Assembly: GCA_964016885.1 (NCBI GenBank)
Contig: OZ024741.1
Coordinates: forward strand, 201,128,001 to 201,192,000
Direction: 5' to 3'
From: Eledone cirrhosa
Lineage: Eukaryota
DNA length: 64,000 nucleotides
This document shows, piece after piece, positions 1 through 12,321 of this stretch (position 1 is its first letter; every line of letters begins with the position of its first letter). A program made the translations under genes and the position numbers. The notes beneath the pieces were generated by a model. That model worked only from the letters and a program-made list of their open reading frames with translations, was not told the DNA's origin and did not search any database.

Positions 1-1056
<1,056 letters not shown>

Positions 1057-1060
1057 CTAC

Positions 1061-1184
1061 GTGTATGCACATATTACAATATTTATATAAGTTTGTTTGT
1101 GTATTCTTGAATAGATATACGTACGTACGTACATACATGTGTGTATGCACATACTACAATATTTATATAAGTTTGCTTGTGTAT
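1061..1184. repeat. Direct duplication of a 44-bp unit, 80-bp period
   Basis: gtgtatgcacata(t/c)tacaatatttatataagtttg(t/c)ttgtgtat at 1061 and 1141. Confidence 0.9.
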
Positions 1185-1189
1185 GCATG

Positions 1190-1256
<67 letters not shown>

Positions 1257-1582
1257 TAAAATCACTAACAGGCAACACATTTTCTATTTGTCCTCTCCAA
1301 CTCAGCATCCTATTAGCGGAATTTATTTTAATTACTCAGACTACAAAAACAAGTTGGAAATCTTAGTCGTCACTCATTAATGATATCAAGCCGGGAGGAA
1401 TCTCTAGGCATATCGTATACTCATATTCCACTCTATAATGATGTAACTATATCCATAAGTTGTATTTTTCTATGCATGTATTACATATATATGCATATAT
1501 GTGTTTGTGAATACGTAGGTGCGTCTCTGTATATGCGTTTAGTAGAGAGTGTACTTAGAAAAATTGCTAACTAGATAAAAAA

Positions 1583-1648
1583 TACATACATACATACATA
1601 CATACATACATACATACATACATACATACATACATACATACATACATA
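1583..1648. repeat. (TACA)n microsatellite
   Basis: Pure tetranucleotide run. Confidence 0.97.
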
Positions 1649-2172
1649 ATGAAACATCATTTTCCATTAAATAGAATATATTAGAAAAATTCACCCCCTA
1701 TGTTAATAGAACGAAATTCTGCCGCTTATGTAACTCGGAAAAGTGGAGTATACTTTCACAACTGGCTTCATAGGAACAGTGCTTAAATACCCACTTCGAC
1801 TACTTCAGTCGCTGTTAACACGTAGCGAAATTCATTCTGATTAACTGATTTTAGTTTCAAGGAATTTCTTTGAAATACTGACTTCGTACAAGCCTCTTTT
1901 GTAGTTTTGTTTATAATTACCCCCCTTTACATTATCTAAAAGATTTGTTTATTTATAACTAAATTCGAAATTACCAGCTATTGAAGAACTCGAATATATT
2001 TTCAAAAAACATCAAAATAACCTGTGGACGCAGCCATTTTTATTTTGTATAAAGCTAAACGAGTTGGGGTGTATAACCCAACGAAATTTAAGTACCTTTA
2101 TATATCACTGTTGTAACGAATTATATTCAACTCGTCCTATGGACTGGGTGCCCTTATATATATATAGTGTGT

Positions 2173-2338
2173 GTATCGACCTGTTACGCGCGTTTCACAA
2201 AGGATTATCTTAGGGTCACCCCCAGGCGTTGTCACATCGACAGTCTGAAGAGCAGATCGATAATGGAGTTGGGTCCATAACTCCTATGGGTGATCCTGAG
2301 CCAATCCTCTTCGAAATGCACGTAACAGGTCGTTATAC
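2173..2338 (+). ncRNA. Fold-back element carrying a degenerate type I hammerhead motif (long stem II)
   Basis: CTGAAGA 2245-2251 ... C-GAAA 2313-2316, TGCACG, TA, then ACAGGTCG. The left arm 2173-2232 is an imperfect inverted copy of the 3' half and reads GAAA-CGCGCG-TA on the minus strand (palindromic stem III). Confidence 0.6.
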
Positions 2339-2486
2339 AGTAACAATCTAAATATATGTAAACGAAACTTTCATCGTTTTTTTCTTAATATATACACCCT
2401 GCCTGTGCAGAGAGTATATATAGAGTGCTTGTTTTGGTACCACCACCAGTAATTCACTGAATCAACTACACTATATATGTGATATA

Positions 2487-2580
2487 TATATATATACAAT
2501 CACACGTTTGTACTATATATATATACATAGAATCACACGTTTGTACTATATATATACATAGAATCACACGTTTGTACATA
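2487..2580. repeat. Minisatellite, about 31-bp unit x3
   Basis: aatcacacgtttgtac repeated three times with (TA)n linkers. Confidence 0.9.
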
Positions 2581-3859
2581 CACATATTCTTAATCTTGTA
2601 TATACAAACATGTATTTCCAAAGAAGTAGTGGTTTTTGTTGTTTCGGTTCAAATCAAAGCCTTTACTATCCCTTCGTTTTACAGATACTTGAATGATCTA
2701 ATGTGCCGTTCCCATTTTTAAGATGGTAAGGTTATTTGAAATAGATTATACTGCCAAGTTTAGTACGTCACAGCTACAGTCGGTGACCGCCGGACCTCAT
2801 ATGTGAGATGAAACAGAATAGAATTGGTGAATATACTTCAGTACACATTTCTTTTATTCATGTTGCCATGAAATAATGGAGATAATGAGTCTGTGTTCAG
2901 GAAAGGAAAGGAGCTGATCGTCAGATCGGACCAAAGAAACAATGTATCCATTGCTCTTTGCGTTGCAGCGTGAAATATAGTTGCTTGCTTAAGAAAACAG
3001 CACACGTTTCGGTCTAAGAACCGAATCTACGTCCTTATGTTTGTTAGTCCAACACCCTAACCACTCAGTCATGAGTCTTTCTTTGTGTATAGAAACAATA
3101 AAAATAATTAAATCTTTCTCAATATAAGTTTTTTTTTACTCACTACACACATATACAATGTATACCGATACGGTGGAAAAAAACCGGCTACTGTCGAACT
3201 TTCTTTTTTTAAAATAAAATTCGTACTTTTATTTGATACGTAATTTCAATGTTTGCGACAGAGAATAAAAGAATACATTAAAATAACTGGGACGTCGTTT
3301 TAAACGGACATAATACTTTACATAAAAAAAGTATTTAAGGATTTTGAAATTTTTTCATCAAAATATTTAAATAATTAAATTAAATTAAATGATTTTCTTA
3401 TATACTTTTCGTTCAAATTTGAGAGCTTTATGTATATATCAGAAATCCATTTAAGTTCCTTTTTTTCCTTGGGTCTTCAACTTATGATGAAATCGTAACG
3501 GTGCTATTGTCACATAAATTGAGCATTTAAATCCTTGTCTGACAAAATCCGATTTTTTCCAGAAAAAGTCTGTGGGAAAGAGAACCTACTCAATATTGGA
3601 CTGGTGCTTTATTTATTGACTCGAAAAGGATAAAAGGCAAAGTTCAACATTTCCATATTATTAATATTATGTTTACACTGCAAGACACTCTATCAAACAA
3701 CTTTGTCAATTCACCACCTACATTTAAGTTGTGTGTTAGATTTTGTTTTTATCTTCCATTAAATATTTCGATTTTCTGGTTGTGGTTATTATAAGGTAAC
3801 AGTCTTTAAAAATGTAAGATTTTATATTCCGCCGAGACTTACGAGTCAACTAGGGAAAC

Positions 3860-4035
3860 ACAATGCGGTTGCTTGACCAGCTAAAAATAGCAATCAAACT
3901 CTCTCTTCACGCCTTCAAAAATATATATTGGACAATCTAGTCCAATATATATAAAAGGATGGAATAGTTACAACTGGAATACTTCAGATCATAGGTATGT
4001 ACAATTAGGGCTAACTTGGTTGAAACAACAATAAC
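3860..4035 (+). mobile_element. Interspersed repeat family C (SINE/LINE 3' end with (CAA)n tail), diverged copy
   Basis: Shares the motif gaccagctaaaaatagc..caaa.ctc.ct..a...ggataat.tagtcc...gggctaac.tgg..aaacaacaa with copies near 7250-7340(-), 8700-8905(+), 36630-37070(+), 38340-38790(-), 47230-47640(+), 49620-49830(+), 55620-55860(-) and 61740-61870(-). Confidence 0.6.
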
Positions 4036-4058
4036 ATCTTAAACGGCCCACGCTGGTA

Positions 4059-4203
4059 CAGAGATCGGCAACCATTACGATCTGTGAAATTCGGATGTTT
4101 TCAGATATCTAAAAATTATTTAGAACATATCATTTGCGTGGGCCATGGCAAAACCTAAAAAAAAATTAAAATTTAGGTTATCAAAAGAAGTTACTGATCC
4201 CTA
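4059..4203. mobile_element. Possible decayed hAT-type MITE
   Basis: Degenerate termini cagagatcggcaac / gttactgatcccta; no TSD visible. Confidence 0.35.
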
Positions 4204-4714
4204 ATATTTTCTCTTTTTTAACAGCATGTAGAATTGATTATTTAATGATTAATGTAAAGTATAGGAAATTTAATATTTTGTATTATATAAATAAAAATAT
4301 TTTCCTCTCGTCATCTGTATTCGTCTTCAATGTAAAGCATACAGTGAAAGTTTCAAATATAGTTAAATTAAGTATTCTGTTTTATTTTTCTACCCTGCTC
4401 CCTTTTTTGTTAGAATCAAGTTGATTTGTTGATCATTGTATCTTTATTTGAGTCAAGGTAACAAACAATATCTCGATACTTTTGTTTCATTTTGAACCAC
4501 CAGTGCACAATTAGTACTGCAACAGAACGTAAACACGAACCATGTTTTATAAAATGTTTAATCCCTATAATATCTAAATTAATCAATATGCTGAAAAAAA
4601 GAAGCTATAATTACTTGCATGTACAATTATTGTTCAAACATTAAAGAGATCCAAGCTTTTAATTTTATCGTTTTCTTTTCACAAAAACGTAGTATTTGTA
4701 GCGCCAAGTATTAT

Positions 4715-4910
4715 TGATTTCTAATTTAGGCACAAGGCCAGCAAAGTCGAGTGGAAGTCGGGTTACTTGACTGCTACTTTATTTTATCGACCACGGAAGG
4801 ATGAAAGGCAAAACTGTCTTTGACGCGATTTGATCTCAGAATGTAAAGAGCCAACCAAATACTGCAGTGGCATTTTATTCGATGCTCTACCAATTCTGCC
4901 AATTCGCCAC
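4715..4910 (-). mobile_element. Meta-domain tRNA-derived SINE (diverged)
   Basis: Reverse complement of ttgcctttcatccttccgtggtcgataaaataaagta plus tail ggccttgtgcctaaattagaaatc. Confidence 0.85.
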
Positions 4911-5169
4911 CACTCGAAGCAACAACAAAACATTTTACTGTTAAATGCTGCATAATACATTTCTCAATGGGAAATGGAAATAATGAAGAGGTGTATTTGT
5001 AGCATATCCTGTACATGGGGTAAGTGCAGGTACATCTGCATGGTCAAATATATTACAAATAAAGAAGCCTAAACTATGATCCAGTTTCCATTCTCATGCT
5101 GCTACTCTCCCAGTGCTGTTGACATGGCGAATTTCTCTTTCTTTTCCACCCAGGCTCACAGCTCAGGCT

Positions 5170-5430
5170 AACAATATCTGAAATGGGCCGAATCCGGGCT
5201 TACGGAACATTGACTTTGAAACGCTAGGTTAATCTTTGCTCTGTGTTGAAAATGGAGAGGGGTATATAGAGTATGAAGCTAGCAGCCTTACCTCCAGTAA
5301 TGGAAATTGCTACAGAAACGAAGAGCAGATACTTGGCCTAGGAGTAAGCCCGGGATAGTCATGCAATCTGTCGAAATGGAGATCTTTCGTCACCCAATCT
5401 TCCATGGGAGCAAAAGAAACTAAAGAAGAA
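5170..5430 (+). mobile_element. RTE-related SINE/LINE 3' end remnant
   Basis: Ends ggagcaaaagaaactaaag, shared with the copy at about 20150-20425 (ggagcaaaaggaactaaag). Confidence 0.45.
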
Positions 5431-5961
5431 GATAAATACGAAAGATTTTCTAAATCTCTATTACAGCTATAGATCTAATCGAGATACTACAATAAAGCTC
5501 TGTCCTGCATTCTGTATTTAAATATTTAGTTCACATATACCTCAATTTCCTTTCAGCTACACAGTATTGGATGAAGTAACTAGTAGCATTTGATTTTTTC
5601 CGCTTCCCTTTTTTGCCAACGATATCAATTTGCTCCATCAAACTAACCATTGTAATACTATTGTTACTTTTTTTATTGTTGATGTTGGGTGTAGCAATAT
5701 AACACACGAACAAATTCAACAAAAATAAACATAGCATATTATATTCTCATCTAAAATATCGAAAGTTGTTTCCCTTCCTCTGATCTTTGGGCCTCAATTA
5801 AAATATGATACATGATGATTTCGATTGATCATTTAAAACTGATATATACTATATGACGATAATGATGGTTATCTAGCAAGGTGAAAAATCGAGTGTCTCG
5901 GTCTGTGTGTCTATAAGTTTATGTTGTAAAGCGAGTACTAACACATTATAGTCGGCCAAGA

Positions 5962-6140
5962 TAGCGGTGGATTAACAGAATCTTTAATAAAATGCTTTGT
6001 GGTATATCTCTCAGCTCTTTATTTTCCAAGTTAAAATCCCACCAAGGTCAACTTTGCACTTCCCAGTGAAGTACTGGTATCGATTTAATCGACTTTCCCC
6101 TCCTTCATAATTGATGGCCTTGTGCCTATATTAAAAATAA
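5962..6140 (+). mobile_element. Meta-domain SINE (diverged, partial TSD)
   Basis: Head gcggtggatt, B-box-like gttaaaatccc, tail ggccttgtgcctata; flanks tatagtcggccaag / tatagtggggcaag. Confidence 0.8.
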
Positions 6141-6660
6141 TATAGTGGGGCAAGAAATTTTAATTGCTTAAAATTACATCTGGAGTGATGAGAAAGAAAT
6201 TATCTTATTGATTAATTCGAGAAATCAGGTAAAATAAAACTAAACTTAAATTTATTAAAATTAATTTTAAAATGCAGTGGATAGTTTGTCTGATTTTGGT
6301 AGTATGGTGACAAATATGGGTATTATTAGCCTGTAACACAGTCGAATCACTGTGTCTACCAGATCTTTGTATGTAGATGGCTGTGGATATACACGTATCA
6401 AAATATTAGAATAAGCAATATATTAGTTTTTAAAAATACTTTAGTGGAGAATTTTTGTAACCTTACGAAGACGGCGAATTGCCAGAGTTTGTTAGGGTGC
6501 CGGATTAAGAAATCACTCGGTATTTGTTCCAGCTCACTGTGTTCTAAGTCCAAGTCTTGGCGAGGTACACTTCCACCAAGTATCGAAATTTTGTTGTTAA
6601 TTCAACTAATGGAGAGTTCTTCCCTTTCTCTGTGGTACTCACAACTGCTTAGAGATAATA

Positions 6661-6750
6661 CATATATACATACATGCATACATGCATACATACATACATA
6701 CATACATACATACATACATACATACATACATACATGCATGCATACATACA

Positions 6751-6784
<34 letters not shown>

Positions 6785-7186
6785 CATGCATACATGCATA
6801 CATACATACATACATATATACATACATGCATACATGCATGCATACATACATACATACATACATACATGCATACATACATACATACATACATACATACATA
6901 CATACATACATACATACATACATGCATACATGCATACATACATACATACATATATACATACATGCATACATGCATGCATACATACATACATACATACATA
7001 TATACATACATGCATACATACATACATACATGCATACATGCATACATACATACATACATACATACATACATACATACATACATGCATACATGCATACATA
7101 CATACATACATACATACATACATACATGCATACATGCATACATACATACATACATACATACATACATACATACATACATACATACA
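6661..7186. repeat. (TACA)n satellite with TGCA/TATA variants
   Basis: Directly visible; explains the HTYI/MYVC ORFs. Confidence 0.98.
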
Positions 7187-7579
7187 CCATATTAGGTGTA
7201 TGATAGGCTTCTCAGATTAACAAGAAAGACAGTATACCAAGTGCTAACTACATTAGCAATTTCTCCTTCTTGATTTAAGACAGTAATTTCTAATTTGAGG
7301 AAGATTTGGCTGCTATTTCTTGCAGGTTGAGTAATGAAACCCTTCACCCGCATTGAAGTTTTGAAACTGCTCGCTGATGAAACTAAGTCCTTTATGGAAA
7401 AATGGTTTATGCCTCAGGACCAACATAGTAATTTTAAGTTACATACCAATATTTATAAACTGAAAAGGTCATTTTTTTAGCATGGGTGCAGCCCATAGGT
7501 TCCTGAGGACCTCCATTTAATCCCTGGAACTAAAATGGGATATAATCTCTAGCTTATATGCATTCTAATTGACACGTGA

Positions 7580-7950
7580 GGCGGTGAATTGGCAGATTCG
7601 TTAAAACGTCGGATAGAATGTATTTGTTCCTGCACTCTGTACTCAAATCACAGCAAGGTCAATTCTACTCTTTTTCATTTCCAGATCGAATATAAGAAAT
7701 ACCAGTCCAATGCTGAAGTCGATTCTTCTCTCCCTCTCTCTCTCTCGCTATCTCTCACACACACGTACACATTCCCTCTCTCACACAGACGCTCTCTTTT
7801 TCTCTCAAAGAGATAAATCAGCTGTGTTCAGATCTGGATAGGGGATATGCTCCTTCAGGATTAAAAAGACTCGAAGATACTCTGTATGTCACCTAGCCCC
7901 CCCCCCCCCCCCCCCCCCCGACTCCACAGGAGTTACTTGTACTACAGTCC
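7580..7950 (+). mobile_element. Meta-domain SINE, alternative tail B (internal (CT)n, ends ...ggagtta.gggt.cat)
   Basis: Same head as the main SINE; tail homologous to copies at 17290-17635(+), 18815-19015(-), 43845-44197(+), 48110-48250(-), 50385-50655(-), 57520-57810(+), 60855-61102(+) and 62450-62710(-). Confidence 0.7.
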
Positions 7951-9829
7951 ATTAATGGAAAACGTTTCAAAAATTCTGCATGTAATAACTGCTATATAGC
8001 CACATATAGACACAGAAACATATGCATGTGTACACATATAACTCAAAACATGCAGCTCCACACATACAATAACATCCATACCTGCACACATACACACACG
8101 CACAAACATATACAGACAGACATACGTATTTACCTAGTTGAAAGAGTCTTGTGTCTATGTTAGAAACCGGCTCTCTCTCTATTAGTAAAAATTTATAAGA
8201 ATATACATACGTTCATGCATATATACATAATACAAACATTTATCTATGCATACATACATACAACTGACACCTATTCACTGGTTGGCTGGAATCGTTGAGG
8301 TAAATGGTTACGTCCGTTGGATCCTTCTAATAAAATATTTGCAGGGCTTCGTTGTGAATAATTCGTTGTTACCATTAATTTGTTTCTATTACTGTCGACG
8401 TCATCATTGTTGTTATACTGATTATGAGGTTGTCAGTGGTTGATATATTACAGTGTAAATAAAAAATATCGTGTACTAGCACAGCTGCTCAAACATTTAG
8501 AGGCTCCAGAATACCATATCGCGGTGTTCTCTATGGTATTTAACTTTCGCTGGCTCTACTTACCCTAGTAACTATGTGCAATGTTATATATGTATAAATT
8601 ATGAATGTTTCGTTAGCTTGCAGTAATAAGTTTAAATTCTTCCATGTGCTCTGAGAATGTACCAGACAAACTATGGTAATATTCATACCCCACCAGTATC
8701 AACTATGGGTCCTCTACGGAGTCGCTCGACATGCTACAATAGCAACCCAATCTCCCTCAAATCACACTCTACTGCCTCACATAAAAAAAAGAACATATGA
8801 GATAATATAATACTACATCCTCCCAAAAATATAGGATGATATATTTATTCACCTGGGTAAACCCGACGCTAAACAACAGCACCAAAAATAAAAAAAAAAC
8901 AACAACTACATAATTTACAGTGTTTTCTATAGTGTTGTTCATACGTTGTCATGGAGATATGGTGTACTAAATTTATTTGTCTTCTTTTGTGCTGATTTCG
9001 ATTTTATGGTGATTAACTTAAAAGAAAACAAACATTTTTCTTTAATTCTAATGACCCATGATCAAAGATGGTCCCTCACAATCTGTGTTCTTTTAAACAT
9101 AGTGTATCTAGTTTTACATTATTCAAAGAGTCTTTCTTTTCTAGGGCAATAGAGCATGATTTAAGGGGTATTTGACTGCTATTTCTAGTAAGATCGAATG
9201 ACCATGTAGAGGTTCCATCGTTGACTAGAATGTCAATATAGTTACCTATAATATTGGAGGCGTCCATAAAAACAGAAAGTCACTGCCGAACTTACAACTT
9301 ACTTTATAAATAGTGAACGACCAAAATAATTTTATAAGTTCACATCACTTTTTGCTTATCTACTTATTCTTAGAATCGAGGTACTTGTTTTAAGTCCACG
9401 AAGATTTTTGTTACATCTGTGGTTGTCGTGCATCAAATAAAACCCATTTCTTTATTTCTATAGCTTACTGTATTGATATGTTAGCCCTAAATGTGTGTAA
9501 TCTACGTTGCACGGAATATAAAATATTAAACAACGAAGTCCTAATGTATTTTGAGCATTTTGTTGTTTTTCTGGTTATTTAATTCTCTGTTGCCCCGGTT
9601 CATCTAATTAAGAGAAGTAAGAACGAGGTTTTGTTTTTGTGGCGAAACGAAGTTACCAATGAAAGAATAGCGTATTACCCAAACGAAGATTGTTTTCTCG
9701 TGTCCATTTAAAACTAAGAAATTCAAACTTGAAAAGCCAGCACACAGATTCCTGTAATTTATGATAGGATTAATTCCCCTTTATTCATTTGCTCTTGTTT
9801 TTTTTATGGTGAATATAATACAGTCACGT

Positions 9830-10190
9830 GAATGCAGGTACGGTTGAATAGTTAAGAAGTTCACTTCACAATCACAAGGTCCCAGTTCAAACGTAGCATG
9901 TTCGGCAAGTGTTATTTACCAAAGATGCTGACTGACCCAGGGCTTTTGTGAGTGAAATCGGACAGATGGAATCTGTGTAGAAATCTGTCAGATGGATTAT
10001 ACATGCAATGTAAAGGTCCAGCCTTATCACATATTGTGTCACGCTGATTCGGCTTAAAAATTATGTTAAAGGTGCATTCGTCTGTAGAATACTCAACCAC
10101 TTAGAGATGTTGATTCAGTTGATTGGAAAAAATTGAATGTGCATCGTCGAAACCGACAGAGAACCCATCACTATCATACGGTCAGCCATA
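9830..10190 (+). mobile_element. tRNA/CORE-like SINE with tail ...gtgtcacgctga...
   Basis: tRNA-like head, then ttcggcaagtgtt; tail homologous to 43510-43790(+), 46240-46500(-) and 49220-49520(-). Confidence 0.6.
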
Positions 10191-10500
10191 CATTGCAGCT
10201 CGTGTAGTAATCATTTAAACACACACACGCTTACTGTTACTCTCACAGAGACGAATCTATTAACCTATCCCTCACAACTGTTGTGCAATAACTTTCGTCT
10301 CCCGAACTCTTTCGCGCCCCAACTCAGTTAATTGGTTGAAAATCTGCCATGCACTAAATGTTGGAACTTCGCTTCTTTAAAACCCAACAAGGCGAGTGGT
10401 TTTCACAGTATTCTTGCAATCACCCTTAAACAGGTTATTCTCGATCTAATCTTATCGCCGCCAAATTCTTCAGCTTTTCTCTTTCTATTGGTGTCTACAG

Positions 10501-10563
<63 letters not shown>

Positions 10564-11603
10564 CAGAGAGAGAGAGAGAGAGAAAGCGGGACGGGAAAAG
10601 GTGTGTCCTATCGCCAAGAAGAGTAACCTCGTGATCCTGCCAACAACTCATATTTCCTCATATTCATTATTCTTTCCACCTCTCCCTTATTTTATTAAAT
10701 GTTCTCTCTCTCAAATATTCTTTTACTTTTTCTTTACGTGCAGAGAATGAGGTGTGGGCCGTGAGGAAGAAGGACCGCCGGGAAAAGGGTGTTTAGTCTG
10801 AAAGTTACCACGATGTATGAGATATCTAGGGAGAAGAGAGGAAGGGCTGCGAATGCCGAATGAGTTAACGAACCTCTTTGCTTTTCAGAAAGGCCATATG
10901 GAATGAAATTATTTTAATACATACATCTTTATGCATGTATGTATTTATGTACGTACGTACGTATGTATGTATGTATAGGTTTTGGTGTCTATGCACGTAT
11001 GTATGTATGTGTATGTACATTATTTTAATTCTGTTATCGGTTTCAGTCGTCCGACTGCAGCCATACTTGGGTGTCACCTTGAAAGGATCATATCAACATC
11101 TCCTCTTTGACAATATACACACGTTATCTCTCTATTGTTTTACTTTTTCTTTATATGTCTGGTACATATTATAGTTCCTTGCGTTGGGACATACACATTT
11201 CAAATTTTCCTAATGTTTCTTACTTCACCAGTTTTGTTTCTAAGTACGAGCTTAAAATCTTTTTTAAATGGCGGAATTGGTTGTCAGTGGCTATTTAGCG
11301 CAGTGGTTAGCGCATTTGCCCAACATCTGAGAGTTGCGGCATTGCATTTCCCGCTGGCGTATCTGTCCACTTTTTGTCCAAGACCAGGGGTACTTTACCC
11401 GATTTTCTCAACGCTGGGGCGCGCACACGCACACTAAACACGTACATACATATATATGTGTGTCTGTGTGTGTGTGTTTGTTTATATGGCAATATTTTAT
11501 TTATTAGAATGCTGCATTTTGGGGTACACCCTACACACAGACACATATATATATATATATATATAAATATATATACATACACATATATATGTGTGTGTGT
11601 ATG

Positions 11604-11704
11604 TATGGTGTACCCTAAAAAATGTATACACACTTCCACAGCATTCTAATAAATATTGCCTGTACAGGTAATCAAAGTCTGTATACATTTTGGGGGACAC
11701 CCTG
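11604..11704. mobile_element. Small Tc1/mariner-type MITE
   Basis: Imperfect TIRs ggtgtaccctaaaaaatgtataca / tgtatacattttgggggacaccctg followed by TA; a further right end lies at about 11512-11535. Confidence 0.55.
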
Positions 11705-12221
11705 TATATATATATGTGTGTGTGTGTAAATACGCACTCTCATACATACATGCACACATACACACACACACGTCTTGTACAGATCAGATTATATATATAA
11801 GCATTATCACATTTCATTTATCCCGTGGCAATGTTGGCAAAAAAATAACCAAACAATTCGACTATAGATTATTCTTCCCCAATCATACTAACACAAATAA
11901 ATCACTCAACCGCTGTCTACCAAAAATATATGTCACTGCGATTTTCAAGTTGTAGGATGTTATCAGATCTATCAAGACTTCCATGTTCTGTGTACTTCTG
12001 TATAAATATTAATAACGAGGCGAAACAAGGATGGGGCTGGGGTATGTTTAAATAAACATCTTTCTCCTCCTAGAAGTTGCAGTAAATTCTTAGTTATTTG
12101 TAACTGAAAATCCATAAATCTTTTTCAGTTGGGAAACCTTTGTTTCTAAATTCGTCTTCATTGGATATGAGTTTAACCCTTTCTTTCCAGGATAACTCAT
12201 AAAATAAGACAGTAAAGTATT

Positions 12222-12232
12222 TGTGTGGTGTG

Positions 12233-12318
<86 letters not shown>
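12222..12318. repeat. (GT)n microsatellite
   Basis: Directly visible. Confidence 0.97.

Positions 12319-12321
<3 letters not shown>

Noticed and set aside
7374-7410. Other CTGATGA/CTGAAGA hits (7374, 15521, 16287, 31115, 35972, 44828, 56667, 61190)
   Set aside because: No properly placed stem II plus GAAA plus UH; consistent with chance or too decayed to call.
11286-11360. tRNA-like sequence (gcgcagtggttagcgca); similar heads at 39257 and 43510
   Set aside because: No complete cloverleaf; these are SINE heads or decayed derivatives, not tRNA genes.
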